Of a stretch of DNA of 64,000 bases, positions 33,017 through 44,771 are shown piece after piece. How positions within the stretch are numbered: the first letter of the stretch is position 1; the number at the start of each line of letters is the position of its first letter. A program made the position numbers and the translations under genes. The DNA is taken from assembly GCA_025558095.1 (NCBI GenBank), contig JAIVFI010000041.1, forward strand, positions 372,001-436,000. Direction: 5' to 3'. Origin of the DNA: Hyaloraphidium curvatum SAG 235-1. Taxonomy: Eukaryota > Fungi > Monoblepharomycota. The notes beneath the pieces are model-generated. The model made no database searches. It saw nothing but the letters and a program-made list of their open reading frames with translations, and was not told the origin of the DNA.

Positions 33017-34599
33017 CTAATCCACCTTGCCGACGACGAGGGTCGCGTTTCCCCCGCCGAAGCCGAAGGAGTTGCTCATCGCGAAACGGATGTCCGCATC
33101 GGCCTTCTCGGGCCCGTCCATCACGTGGAGGATATCGCGGGTGCCGACAGGAACAGACGGAGTGGCTATGGGGTTCTTCAGGTTGCGCGTGTGGGGAATC
33201 GTTTGCTGTCACGGGCGAGGCGACGAAAGATTAGAAGTCGAAAGCCCAATCTCTCCGAGTCCCAAAAACTCACCGTCCGCAACGCCCAGAGCGTGAGAAT
33301 GAGCTCGCCGGCTCCCGCGGCACCCATCATGTGGCCAAGAGAGGGCTTGCACGACGAAACCCGCAGCGGGCCGCGGGTGCCGGCAAAAGCGCGGGCGATT
33401 GCCAGCAGCTCCGCCTCGTCCCCGGCCAGGGTCGCGGTGGCGTGGGCGTTCACGTAGCCCACATCTGTGGCGACGTCGGCTGTTGTCCGGTCGCCCAAGG
33501 TGCGCGCGGCGTCCTCCAGCGCCCTGGTCATGCTGAACATGGCCCCCGTCCCCTCGGGATCGGGCCGCACGGGGTGGAAAGCGTCCGCGGCGCTGCCGTA
33601 GCCCAAGATCTCGCCCAGCACGGGCACTCCCCGTGCGCGGGCGTGATCCATGTCCTCGAGGACGACGAGGGCGGCACCTTCCCCGACGAGAAGTCCGCAG
33701 CGGTCGACGTCGAACGGCCGGCACAGCATCCTCGGGTCCCCGTCCGACGGGCTCCCAAACTTGGGCAGCGCGCGGAGCTTGGCGAAGCCCGCCAGTCCCA
33801 AAGGCGCCACAGTGGCATCAGCGCCCCCAGCAATGGTCACATCGGCATATCCGTGCCGGACCAGCCTGAACGCTTCGCCAATGGCCACGGTACCGGTCGT
33901 GCAGGCCGTTGTCGGGCAGGAAATGGGGCCGCGGAAGCCGTACTCGGCCGCAACGGCCCCGGCGGGGATGTTGGCGAGGGATCGGGGGAGGAACATGGGG
34001 GAGAAGCCGCGGTACGAGGCCGAAGCGAGCGTCGCCGCGTGGTCGAACCAGTCCTGCAGGCTGCCCACCGATGAACCGATAACGACGGCCTGAAAGCGTG
34101 CGGCTAGGTTACAATCTCGTGGCGAGGGAATCGCGGTGCCTCACAGTTGTGTCGCGATCCCCGCGTGACTCGGGCGGCCACTTCGCCTGCGAGAGCGCCT
34201 CGTGGGCCGCAGCGAGGGCCATCTTGACCACCTTCGGCGTCCGCTTCTCATCCTGGACATAGCAATATGTCAACAGGTGCTCATGATCGTTCAAAACGCG
34301 TCACGGACCCCGTTCCTGCCGACCCATTTGTCTCCCCGGATAACGTCGAAGTCCACGCGCGCTCCAACCCGGCATGGGAATCCGTCGTAGTCCTTCTCCG
34401 GCAGAAACACGGCACCAGAATCCCCAGCCAAAAGGCGCGACCAGGTCTCGGGGAAGCTGAGCCCGAGGGAAGAGACGAGGCCGACGCCCGTCACTGCGAC
34501 GCGTCTCTCCCGCGGCCGCGAGCTGTTCCGCGTCCCGAAATCACGGGAGCGGAAGACACGTTTCGTTGCCGAAAGAGGATATCGGAGCGCAGACGACAT
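33017..34599 (-). CDS. Mitochondrial 3-oxoacyl-ACP synthase (CEM1/OXSM-like)
   Basis: Arg/Ser-rich presequence, RRVAVTGVG, TACTTG, VNAHAT, KPSLGH, SNSFGFGG. Confidence 0.88.
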
Positions 34600-34722
34600 C
34601 GCATCGCGACAGCTCGCGCGTCTGCGAAATGTGTTGACCGTTTACACGTACAGGCGCAATCAGCGGACTTTTGTCGTTGACTTCTGCGATCATGCTTTCC
34701 TTCTCAATATACGTAGCTCGTT

Positions 34723-35394
34723 TCATCCGAAGCTGATCCCACAGCAGGTACCGTCGAGGTCGGTGTACAGGTTCGTGCGCTCCGCGTCGTAGTCCGCCGG
34801 CTTGTCCCGGATCAGCATGATGGCAGTGATCACGCGGGTCTTCGCCGCGAACTCGCTCTGGAGGGCGTACGTTCCTTCCTTGGGCCGTCCCCCGGGGAGT
34901 TTGTCCAGCTCCTGCTTCATGGGCGGCTTGTCGAAGACGATGAGCTTGCCCAGGTACTTCTCAGCCGCACCCTCCCGCCGCGCGTCCGCGGATGAGCCGG
35001 ACGGGGGTTCAACGTCCGCAGGCAATGCCTCGGCATCGCCAGACGCGTCCTTGGGTTCCTTGACGCCCCTTTCCTTGGCCTTCTTCTCCAGGTCCTCCCA
35101 CTCCCGGAGCGCGTCCTCGGCCGGCCCAATCGCGTTCTCCTGGAACCCGCCCATTTCATTCCGCAGTCTGCCGAACTCCTTCGTGTCGCCCTTTGCCCGC
35201 GCTTCCTCGGATGCCTTCTTCATCCCCTCGTATTCCGCACTGAGCTCGGCCAGCTTCTTCCGGGCCGCTTCCGCGTTCTTGGGCGCGTTGCGGAGGGAAT
35301 CAGCCTCCGCCTTGGCGCGGGACGCGTCGGAGGCGAGTTTCTGATACTGCGCATGGTGCGCGAGGAGCGCGGCGTGGTACGCTTTTTCGTCCAT
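34723..35394 (-). CDS. Hypothetical coiled-coil protein
   Basis: Open ORF with host-like GC3 bias, E/K/A-rich. Confidence 0.55.
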   Translation of the reverse strand: MDEKAYHAALLAHHAQYQKLASDASRAKAEADSLRNAPKNAEAARKKLAELSAEYEGMKKASEEARAKGDTKEFGRLRNEMGGFQENAIGPAEDALREWEDLEKKAKERGVKEPKDASGDAEALPADVEPPSGSSADARREGAAEKYLGKLIVFDKPPMKQELDKLPGGRPKEGTYALQSEFAAKTRVITAIMLIRDKPADYDAERTNLYTDLDGTCCGISFG

Positions 35395-35516
35395 CGTTCG
35401 GGTGTGTTCGGCTTTGCTGGACCCTGAGGAGGCGCGGGTGCGGGAGTGCCTCCCGCGGCCGAGTCCCTGCGCACGACTCGAATATCGATCACCTGGATCA
35501 GATTCCAATCTGTTGT

Positions 35517-36505
35517 CTACAGCTTCGCCTTGTTCCACCAGTTGAGCCACGTCGGCGCGTCCTTCACCTTCCCCTTGAAAGCCGGGCTCCTCTTCTCCTT
35601 GAAGCTGTCCAGCCCCTCGGACACGTCGACGTTCTTCCCGACCACGAAGTGGTGCAGCGCACGCGAGTCAAGGAGGTGCTGCTCCTTCGACGACCCGGCC
35701 GCGTGCACGACGAGGGCCTTGGTCGCCGCGTTGGCCGGCACGCTGCATTCCTTTGCGATCTCCCTCGCGATCTCGAGCGCGCACGGCATCACGTCCTCCG
35801 GCTTGTCGACCAGCTCGAAGAACAGCGGCGCGACGGCGGGGTGCGAGGCCGACATGATGCGGCCGGTGAGGAAGAGGCCGAGGGCGCGGGACTGCCCCAG
35901 GAGGCGGGGGAGGTGGTAGGTCGACATGGACTCGGGGACGATGCCGCGGCGGGTGAAGACCCAGCCGATCTTGTTGTCCTTGAAGGTGATCCGGATGTCC
36001 ATCGGTAGGATCATGGTAGCGCCGATCCCGACGGTGACGCCGTTCAGTGCTGCGATGGTCTTTCGGCGCGACATCGAAGGTTCAGAGAGATGTGCCATGA
36101 AGCGGAAACAGATGAAGACGCACCACTTTCTTGCAGTCCTCGAAGGCGAACGCCAGGGGTCCCCCCGGGTCCCTGTGCTCCTCCTCCTTGACGGGGTCCT
36201 TGACCCGCACGCCGTACCGGTTGTCGGGATTCGACAGCGTCGCGCCGGCGGAGAAGGCGCGGCCGGAGCCGGTCACGATGATGACCTTGCACGCGTCGTC
36301 GGCTTCGAGCTGGTGGACGGCCGCGTTGACCTCGGAGAGGTCGATGGCGCCCACGGCATTGAGCTCTGACGCGAGAATGAGTCGCCGAAAGGGGCGGAGA
36401 AGTGCGGAGGTGGCCACCTTTCGGCCTATCGAAGGTAATGATTCCGACACCGGTGTCCTCGACCGCGACCTTTATTGTCTTGTAGTGGGAGTAGGCGGAC
36501 GCCAT
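35517..36505 (-). CDS. Enoyl-CoA hydratase/isomerase (crotonase family)
   Basis: TGSGRAFSAGA, IAALNG..VGIG, RGIVPE, EGLDSFKEKR. Confidence 0.88.
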
Positions 36506-37167
36506 TGGAGCCCCAGCGACCGAAGCACAAGAGCGGCGGCGAATAGACGAAGGTGTGCGACGCGTCGAAGCGGGTTGCGGTAGGTCCACGGAGTTGAATC
36601 GGCCCGGGAGACGCGGAGTTTCCGGAGATGAAGCGGTCCCTCCCTAGTCCGCCCGGCCGCCGCCCGACCGCCCGCCGACCACCCTACCACCCGAGGAACA
36701 CGCAGAAAGAGGTGAATCCAAAAAAGAACTGGTCAATCGAAGGTCCCGGAAGCGATGTTGCTGGCATCCGCCTTCCGGTGAAGTCTTTCGGACTCGATCC
36801 GCCACTGATGCCCCTGAAGGGCTTGGCGTTGAAGGACAGACCCGGCCAGGGGAAGCTAGTACGAAGATGGATGTTCAAAACTGGTCATCGTACACGGCGT
36901 CCGAGAGATCCGCAGCGGATTGCTCGGATTCGAACGGCTGGCTCGCCCGAGGCGGTTGCTTGGCAGAAATGATTCACTCCCGAGGGCGTCGACGTGCTGG
37001 ATCCTGCGACATCTGCCATTCCCGAGGACACGCGAGAGGTTTACGATGGTGAGCTCGAGGAGATAGAGAAATTCTGCTTAGAGCTCGCACCTACGAATTC
37101 CCCGCGGGGCATCCGTCCCCGGACCTCTCATCACTCCCAACTCCCCCCACCGCCCCCGACCGCAGCC

Positions 37168-38441
37168 ATGGCCCGTCTCGCCTCCGCCGCCGTTGCCGCG
37201 CTCCTTGTGTCCGTCTTTGCGCTCGCCACCGCCCCGCGCGCGTCCGCGCTGCCCAACGACGCCGCCGCGAAGGCCTTCTGCCGCCGCAACTTCTGGACCG
37301 TCGCGGTGCGCAGGCGCTCCTCCGCCCGCCGCGCGAGCTCGCCCTGACTTCTTTCGTCCTTTTCGCAGCCGGAGGTTGTCTCGACGACCACGCAGACGGT
37401 CTATACGGTGCGCCCCACCGCTGACTCGCGCGGAGCGAACCTTACCCTGGGCCGTCCGCGCGCAGACCTGGACCTACACCGCGTACCTCCCGATGCCGGG
37501 CATGACCTCCGAGACGCCGTTGGCCACCACCGAGATCCCCAGCACGACGGAGCAGGTGGAGATTCGCACGCGGCTGGCGGTGTCGGGACCGCCGTCACTA
37601 ATTGACTTCTCTCCGCCCTGCGTGCTCCGATCTTTTTCCTTCCATCCTCTTCTCGTTGCAGACTGCTTCGCTGAGCACCGTTGAGCCATCGATCACGCCG
37701 CTGTCGACCGCGGAGCCGACGACGGTCAGCGATCTGCGTGTCTCCGCTTCGGACCGCGCTGACCTTCTTTTCCTTCGCAGCTCTACCCGTGCACCGCCAC
37801 TGTCTCGTACAACTACACTACGGTCATCGTCTCGCTGATCGAGAGCCCCGTGACAACCTTCGTTACCGAAACCTCGTTCTCTTCGGTTACCGTCGCGGTC
37901 ACCTCGTTTATCACCCAAATCGAGACGCAGCAGGTCAACTTCACGACCACGATGGAAATCCCCACGACCGTAACCGTCACATCGGTGCGTTTGCTTTGGC
38001 GACTTGGGCTCTAGCATGCATCTGACGTCGCGATCGCGCATGAAGACCCTCTTCGTCCTTCCCAAGACCACCTCGGCCGCCAAGGAGACCAGCAGCGGCA
38101 CGGCTCCCGCTTCTGCGACCATCGCTGCGTCCACCGAGGAGCCCGCCATCTCGACTGCGAGTGGCCGACTTCGTCCGCGTGCCTATCGGCCTCGCTCACT
38201 TCCGCCCCTCGCAGACCGCCGCCCCGATCGTTTCGACCACCGACGCGGGACTCGTCACTAGCTCTGCTCCCGGACCGGCTTCCACCGCCGCCGTCGAAGG
38301 CCCGACCTCCAGCTTCGCCGGGCCCGGCGCGTCCCTCACGGCTTCCCGCACGACCCAGGTGAGACGGCCACGACTCCTCATCACCCGTTCGTCTCACCTT
38401 TCCCTGCCTCGCAGACTCTCGTTGCTCCCGCCAACTTCTAA
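37168..38441 (+). CDS. Secreted Thr/Ser-rich micro-exon protein, copy 3
   Basis: Exon 1 138 nt and exon 2 39 nt as in copy 1; TWTYTAYLP; phase-0 introns. Confidence 0.72.
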
Positions 38442-38542
38442 AGGGTGATCGATCGTTAGGGAGAGGACATGGATACCCGGTATTCATCGCGAGTATAGAG
38501 CATGTAGAATCCATTGATTCCCAACGAGTTGTGGCGTTCGAT

Positions 38543-39212
38543 CTACTCTTCCTTCACGTCTTCCTTCTTTGCCTTCTGCTTCTTCCGAGTCGGAGCCTTT
38601 CCGGCGTCGCCTTCCTCCGCCGAAGCAGCCTTGCCGCGCTTCCCCCTCTTCGGAGCAGGCAGCTCCTGTGCGTCCTCCTCCGGCATCGGAACACCTCCAC
38701 CGGCACGGCGCGCAGCTCGCTCTGCCCTCGACGTGGCCGTCCCGGTCAGAGGAGCCAGATGGCTTGCTCCCCGCGGGAAGACCAGCTCGTCTTCGGGCAC
38801 TTCCGCGACCTTGCCCGTCGGCAGCACCCTCGTCCCGTCGCGGCGCTTCCAAAACTTGTGCTGGATGATAATGTCGATCTTGCTCGCTATCCCCTGTTCG
38901 CGGGCGGGGGCGGACGTCGGTCGGTGACTCCGCGGTCCCGGCGGGGCTTCCCACCTTCCCGACGCCGTCCATGACCTCCGCCGCCTTCTTGCCGTCCGTC
39001 ACCGGCACGCCCATGTACCGCACGTTCTTCGCGAACCGGGAAAGCGCGCGGCCGGCCCAGTCATCGCCCTCGGCGAGCAGCGCGGTGGCGAGCTGTCCGA
39101 TGACGTCCGAGAGGAGCAGGTTCGGGTTCTCGTAGGGACCCCAAGGGGTTGGCCACGTCGGGGGAGGGGGTCTAGCCTCTTTGGAGCCGGAGGAGGTTGG
39201 CGGGGATGACAT
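38543..39212 (-). CDS. Stand-alone Pol-beta 8-kDa/Mus81-N-like HhH domain protein
   Basis: After splicing intron 38954-38894: NPN..L..LA....GD.WAGRAL..FAKNVR..VTDGKKAAEVMDGVGKGIASKID; basic NLS-like tail. Confidence 0.65.
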
Positions 39213-39744
39213 TGGTGTAGGGGTGTGGTTCGTGCGGGACACAGTCGAATCCAAGAGCGGTCACACGAGCAGCTCGACGCCAGAAAATGGAACCGAATCG
39301 ACAAAGACCAAACATTGTTCCATTTGTCAACATGCTGCTTTCTGTTTCCATGATTGAACTCCATCCACCAGGCACTGGCACAGGACCACCCTGACCGTGC
39401 CCCGCAGCGATTGCTAGAACTCCCTCGCGGCTCCCGCATCTGGCGCCTCCCAGTCGGCCGTTTTCATGCGCAGCAGCCCCAGCCTGTGGAATCCACAGGT
39501 CGCTTTGATGTCCGCAAAGTGGTCCGGCGAACGAAGGTCGAGAATCGGAGCTTGAAGCGCGGTCCCGGCGATCCATGTTGGGACTCCCAAAACGGTGATC
39601 GCAGAGGTGCGCTAAGTCCGCGCCCTCGATCACTAATTGACGGACCGACGAGAGGCCACACAGCTGGTGCCAAAGGTCAGCTGGCATCAGAGACGATGAG
39701 GTGTCGATCGCGAGGTAGAGCTTGACGAGGTGACGGCAGAGATT

Positions 39745-40800
39745 TCACGCGGGATCACAAGCCGGTTCCAAAAGCGCCAGCGAAGGCCCTGTGGGATCGA
39801 GCTCAGCCAGAATTCCCAGCGGCAGAATCAGCTGGGGATCCGTGTGCCCAAAGTCCATGTTGGCGACGATGGGCAGGTCCGAGCGCCCAAACTCGCCGGC
39901 GACGATCTTGACTATCCGCTCCTCCAGCTCACGCTTTTGCGACGCAGTGTAGCCGCGCGCCCGGCCAAACAGGATTCCGGATACCCGGTCGAAGATGCCC
40001 TGCATGCCGTAGTTCCGCAGGAACCAGCTGACCTGAGTCGGTGTGGGCACGTCCTCCGAGGTTTCGAAGAAGAGGATGCGGTCGTCCCAGAAGGACGTTG
40101 GAGGCCAGAATGCAGTACCTTTGAGGAACTCGAGCACCTCGATGCACCCGCCGAATAGCCTGCCCCGCACCGGCAATGCTCCTTGGAGCACCCGCCATCC
40201 GTCAGGATCCGGCTGTAGGGGCTCGATGAGGCCGGTATTGGCCGGTTCTACCCATTCCGGATACCGCTCACTGTAAACTCCGTACGGCCTGTACCTGTAC
40301 GTCGACGGGGCGCCGAAGAGGATTTCGCGGAGGTGGTTGGCGAAAGCGGGGGGCAAGGCCCGCAACTGGGAGATGCCCGCCATCACCGACGGGCCGTTGA
40401 AGGCCACAAGACCAAGCTGGTTGACGAAGGTGAGGACGGCGGTCGTGTCCGAGAATCCCATGAGAATCTTCGGGTTCGCGGCGATGACCTCCCGGTCCAG
40501 GTACGGCAGGATCCGAACCGAATCTTCGCCGCCGATGGACGTGACGACGGCGGCAATGTCCCGGTTGGCAAACGCGGCGTTGATGTCGGCAGCGCGCGCC
40601 CGCGGATCCGCACTGAGCTGCGCGGGCGTCCACCGCGCCGTCGGCATCTCGAGAACGCGCAGGCCGAGGTCTTCTCGCAGAACGGCAAGTCCCTGCTCGT
40701 AAATATGCGGAAACACGGCAGGGCCGCCCCAAGAGGGTGAGAGCACCGCGACTGTGTCGCCCCGCCGCAGGTGGCGCGGTCGGCGCGGAGCGGCAGGCAT
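39745..40800 (-). CDS. S66 family LD-carboxypeptidase / MccF-like peptidase
   Basis: LRRGDTVAVLSPS, IGGED, GFSDTT, FNGP, FFETSE, DFGHTDP; intronless. Confidence 0.92.
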   Translation of the reverse strand: MPAAPRRPRHLRRGDTVAVLSPSWGGPAVFPHIYEQGLAVLREDLGLRVLEMPTARWTPAQLSADPRARAADINAAFANRDIAAVVTSIGGEDSVRILPYLDREVIAANPKILMGFSDTTAVLTFVNQLGLVAFNGPSVMAGISQLRALPPAFANHLREILFGAPSTYRYRPYGVYSERYPEWVEPANTGLIEPLQPDPDGWRVLQGALPVRGRLFGGCIEVLEFLKGTAFWPPTSFWDDRILFFETSEDVPTPTQVSWFLRNYGMQGIFDRVSGILFGRARGYTASQKRELEERIVKIVAGEFGRSDLPIVANMDFGHTDPQLILPLGILAELDPTGPSLALLEPACDPA

Positions 40801-41191
40801 TGCGTCCGAGGATTCCATTCTGTTGTCAATCTTGAATGCGGAGGGCGTTCTGCGCGTTTTCGAGGGGATCCAGTACCCGCCGACAGAAGATTGGGAGGCA
40901 GACCCCGCGAAGCTTTGGGGATGTGGAGATGTTGCGACGCCGTTCGTGGAGAAGCCGGTCGGCCTGGGCCGCGCTGCTCCGAATCGAGGTCTAGAGACAC
41001 GTTTGAAGTAAGATGTAGTTATGCAAGTGCTGGACATCCGGTTCTTGATCTGTCCGATCGAGCGGATTATTGCTTGTTTGTCCGCCGGCCGGAGTCGAGT
41101 CATCGACGACGCGCAAGCAGCTAAAGCACGAGCTCAGAGACGGCTCTGACAGACTCTACCCTCACTAGATTAAAGGCAGCAGCGAGGAGAG

Positions 41192-41806
41192 ATGCTCAAA
41201 GCTTTCTTCATGCCCTTCTTCGGACAGCCGTCGGGCCTCGCCGGCCGGATCGGCGGCTACATCATGGCCCGTTCCAACGCCGCGCAAGACTCCAAAGCAA
41301 CCGCCCTCCTTCCCCTCGAACCTTCCGGAGAGCACAGGATCCTCGAGATTGGTTTTGGCCCGGGAACTCTGGTTGCCCACCTGCTCGATGCCTTCCCGCG
41401 GGCCACGGTTTGCGGGATCGACCCAAGCGCGGAGATGGTCGGGATGGCCAAGCAGCGCGTCGGCGACAAACCCCGGGCCGTGCTCGAGATCGGATCGGCG
41501 TCGAAGCTCCCGCATGAGGACGCCAAGTTCGACGCGGTGCTGGCCGTGAACACGTACCACCTCTGGCCCGACCCGACGGCTGGGACGCGCGAGGCCTTGC
41601 GGGTGCTCAAGCCTGGCGGACATCTGCTGTTCGTGATCCGGGTGCAAGGGCAGGGAGTGGCCTCTTCCGGGGGCGTCCCGCGAGAGGAGACCCAGGCGAG
41701 GCTGAAATCTGACCTGGACGAAGCCGGGGCGCGGATCGCAGACGAAAGGCTCGAGACCGGCGGCTGGGTCAGCGACCAGTGGTGGGTGCTGGCGAAGAAG
41801 GAGTGA
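41192..41806 (+). CDS. Class I SAM-dependent methyltransferase
   Basis: FGQPSGLAG..G..M, LEIGFGPG, GIDPSAEM, RVLKPGG; intronless. Confidence 0.9.
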   Translation: MLKAFFMPFFGQPSGLAGRIGGYIMARSNAAQDSKATALLPLEPSGEHRILEIGFGPGTLVAHLLDAFPRATVCGIDPSAEMVGMAKQRVGDKPRAVLEIGSASKLPHEDAKFDAVLAVNTYHLWPDPTAGTREALRVLKPGGHLLFVIRVQGQGVASSGGVPREETQARLKSDLDEAGARIADERLETGGWVSDQWWVLAKKE

Positions 41807-41899
41807 TCTCGAGGGCAAAGTTCCGTCCATCCAAGACTTGTACAAACAGATCAATCTGTGATTGAAGCGTCCCTTCCCCAAGTCTGCCGGCCCCCCTCT

Positions 41900-42869
41900 T
41901 CAGTCCTCGATGTCGGGCTCGAAGAACACAAACCGGACGGCTGGGAACCTTTCCTTGATCGCCTTTTCGCACGCGTTGATGTTCATGGAGAGCTCCTTGA
42001 CCGAAGGAACCTCCCGCATCGTCGCCTTGACGGCGACGATAACGTCCTCGCCGTTCTGCAGCGTGATGCAATTGAGCAGCGACGTGACATTCGGTTGGGC
42101 TGAGATGAAGTCGTTGATCGCCTTCCGGTCCTCCACCTCGACGGAGGTTCCAAGCAGCAGATGATAAACTTGGTAAGCCGTCATGCAGGCCACGATAACC
42201 AGCAACGCGCCAATGGCAATGCTCCCCGCGGCGTCGATCTTGGTGTTGCCCGTAGCGGTTGCGACCGAAACAGCGATGAGCGCCAGCGTCAGGCCGCAGA
42301 TGGCCGCCGAATCCTCCCCGAGGACGACGATGAGCTCCGAGCTCCTCGTTTCACGGTACCACTTCCAAAGCGGCTTGTCGCCGCGCGCCTTGTTGATCTC
42401 CCGCACACACCCCCAGAGCGAGATGCCCTCGGCGAGGATCGAAAAGAGCAGCACGCCGATGGCCACCCACGGCGACGACAGCTCTTCCTGGTGCGTCGTG
42501 AGCTTTTCCACGCCCTCGTAGATGGAGAACATGCCGCCGATCGTGAACAGGAGGATCGCCACCAAGAAGCTCCAGAAGAAGAGGTCGCGGCCGTAGCCGA
42601 GAGGGTGGTTCTCGTCCGGTTTCCGCTTGGCGAGTCGGCGGCCGAGCAGGAGGAGCAACTGGTTCGCGCAGTCCGCAAACGAATCTGCGAGGACGTCAGG
42701 AATCAGCTCGCCAGAAACGGTCCGAACACCCACGAATTGCCTCGGCCAGCATCGACGCCGAGCTCGTGATGAAGAAAGCGACGAGCTTGGCTATGGCTAT
42801 GGCCAGGTTTGCGGCCAGCGCAAAGAGAATCGTCCTGATAGGGTTGGCCTCCCCTTCGCCGTGCCCCAT
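41900..42869 (-). CDS. Cation diffusion facilitator (CDF) transporter
   Basis: SMLAEAIHSFAD (His codon split by an intron), HPLGYG, EDSAA, FFEPD. Confidence 0.9.
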
Positions 42870-43426
42870 TTTCGGCCGGTTTCGTGGGCAATCGGGTGTC
42901 CGGGAAGGCACGAAATGAAGCGGCGACGCGGACGGCGGCTGCGTCCGTTCTCGACGGAAAGGCCCGGCCGACCGGGTGCCGAGGGCTCCCCGAGGACTAC
43001 GGTACTCCAAGAAGCGGTTCCCTCCGCAGGAGGCACGCTCGATGGGCAGGAGCGCAGCGAACGGGTTGACGGGGGCGGGGGTCTTCAGGGACCTGGCCAC
43101 GCGAGCCTCACCAGCCCCTCTCCCCGGGTCGGTTCTTGCGCAGTCGGATCGGATCGGAGCACACCGCCGAAAGAAACAGATTCCTCCTCCTGGTATTTCG
43201 GTATCCAGACACATGCTCAGTGTACAGTTGACGGGCAATGTGCCCCGTTTCCACAGCAGACCATCGAATCAGAGAAACCATACCGAACGAATCGATCCCC
43301 TCCAAGTAACCAAACCGTGAACAGTCCAACGTGAACCAGCTCCATGCACCCATGTAGAAGTCCGGGTCCCAGCCCGCCAGAGAATGGAAGGTAACCCCGC
43401 GCGTCCGAAAGCGGTGGCCGCCTCGA

Positions 43427-44341
43427 TCACCCCCACGCCTGCGGCTTGAACGCCTTGGCCTTGGCCAGCTTCTCCTCCTTCTCCTTCCTCAGCCGCTCCG
43501 CGCGCTCCTCCTCCTTCCTGCGCTTCTCCCTCTCCTTCTCCTCGACCATGGCCTTGTACCGCGGGTCGCGCCTCCGCACCGAGGCGGCGAGCCTGCGCAC
43601 GGCCTCGGAGAACTCGACCTTCTCCCTGTGGCGGGCCGATTCTGAAGGGTTGCGGATCGAGAAGAAGGCAAAGAGGGATTCGAGCGGGTCTGGGCCGCGG
43701 AAGTCCTTGGCGGTCGAGAAGACCGAGAGCCTGACGTACAGGTCCGCGGGGTACGGGGATGAGGCGTCGCCGAACTCAAGCACCTCGTCGTGCTCGTCGT
43801 CGTCGCGTTTGCTGCGCCCCTTGCGGCCCTTCTTGCCCCTCGGCCGGCCCTCGAACTCCTCCCGCTCGCGCTGCTCGGCCCTGGCCTCGATCTCCTCCTC
43901 CTGCAGCGCGGCAAAGAGCTTCCCGTAGACGTCGTAGAAGGATCCCGGGCCCTCAAATCCCTTGTAGCAGGTTGGGGAGAACCAGCGGTACAGGTCGTGG
44001 ACGTCGATCCAGGCTGACCCGGCGCCCCATCCTCCCTCAGAAGAGCCCGGGCTCCGCCTCCCCGACAGGATCTCCTCGCGGTGCAGATCGTACCACCTCT
44101 TCTCCGCCGGGTCCGAGAGCACCTCGTACGCCTCCTGCACCCTTTTGAACCTCTCCGTAGCCGCCGTCCCGGCGTCGCCGTCCGCGGAGCCCGAGTGCCG
44201 GTCGGGGTGCCACAGCAGCGCCTGCCGCTTGTACGCGGCCCGGATCTCGTCGGCGCCCGCGGAGTGGTCGAGCCCGAGCACGGCGTAGTGGCATTCGGGC
44301 GCGTCCGAGGGAGGCGTCTCCGGGCGGATGGGCGGGACCAT
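43427..44341 (-). CDS. DnaJ protein, DNAJC21/Jjj1-like, without visible C2H2 fingers
   Basis: HYAVLG..WHPD..AYEVLSD..WYD; VRRRDPR followed by coiled coil. Confidence 0.8.
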   Translation of the reverse strand: MVPPIRPETPPSDAPECHYAVLGLDHSAGADEIRAAYKRQALLWHPDRHSGSADGDAGTAATERFKRVQEAYEVLSDPAEKRWYDLHREEILSGRRSPGSSEGGWGAGSAWIDVHDLYRWFSPTCYKGFEGPGSFYDVYGKLFAALQEEEIEARAEQREREEFEGRPRGKKGRKGRSKRDDDEHDEVLEFGDASSPYPADLYVRLSVFSTAKDFRGPDPLESLFAFFSIRNPSESARHREKVEFSEAVRRLAASVRRRDPRYKAMVEEKEREKRRKEEERAERLRKEKEEKLAKAKAFKPQAWG

Positions 44342-44771
44342 GGCGGCGCCGCGCGGGGGACCGGGCCGCGGAGGGCAGGGAGAGGGGTGGAATGCGCAAC
44401 TGGAAGAGAGGAGACGGCGCAGAGAGACGCGGAGGGGCGGCTGCCGGGGTCGAGAAAACGGGAGAACGGGTTCTCAGAAGACGGTCGAGCCCGGGTTGAT
44501 TAGCGAAACGCCGAACCAACGAAGGGAAGGCACAGGCGCTGCAGCAATCTAGGCGGGACATGCTTAACATCATAGATGTAACTCTGGCCTGGTGGTACCG
44601 CGGCTCTGCCGGTGGTCCACGAAACCGATCCGCCGAGATCGCCTCAAATCTGGAAGCTCCTCGAGGAACTTCGCGGCAAGAAATCAGGTCCTCCTCCGGC
44701 GGTAATCTATGGCAAGGTCCGCCCTCCCTCTTTCGCGACCTTCTGGGAGATCCAAAAGGCACCCCTCCCGT

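Noticed and set aside
36600-37090. Possible gene relic upstream of micro-exon copy 3
   Set aside because: No recognisable motif or coherent frame
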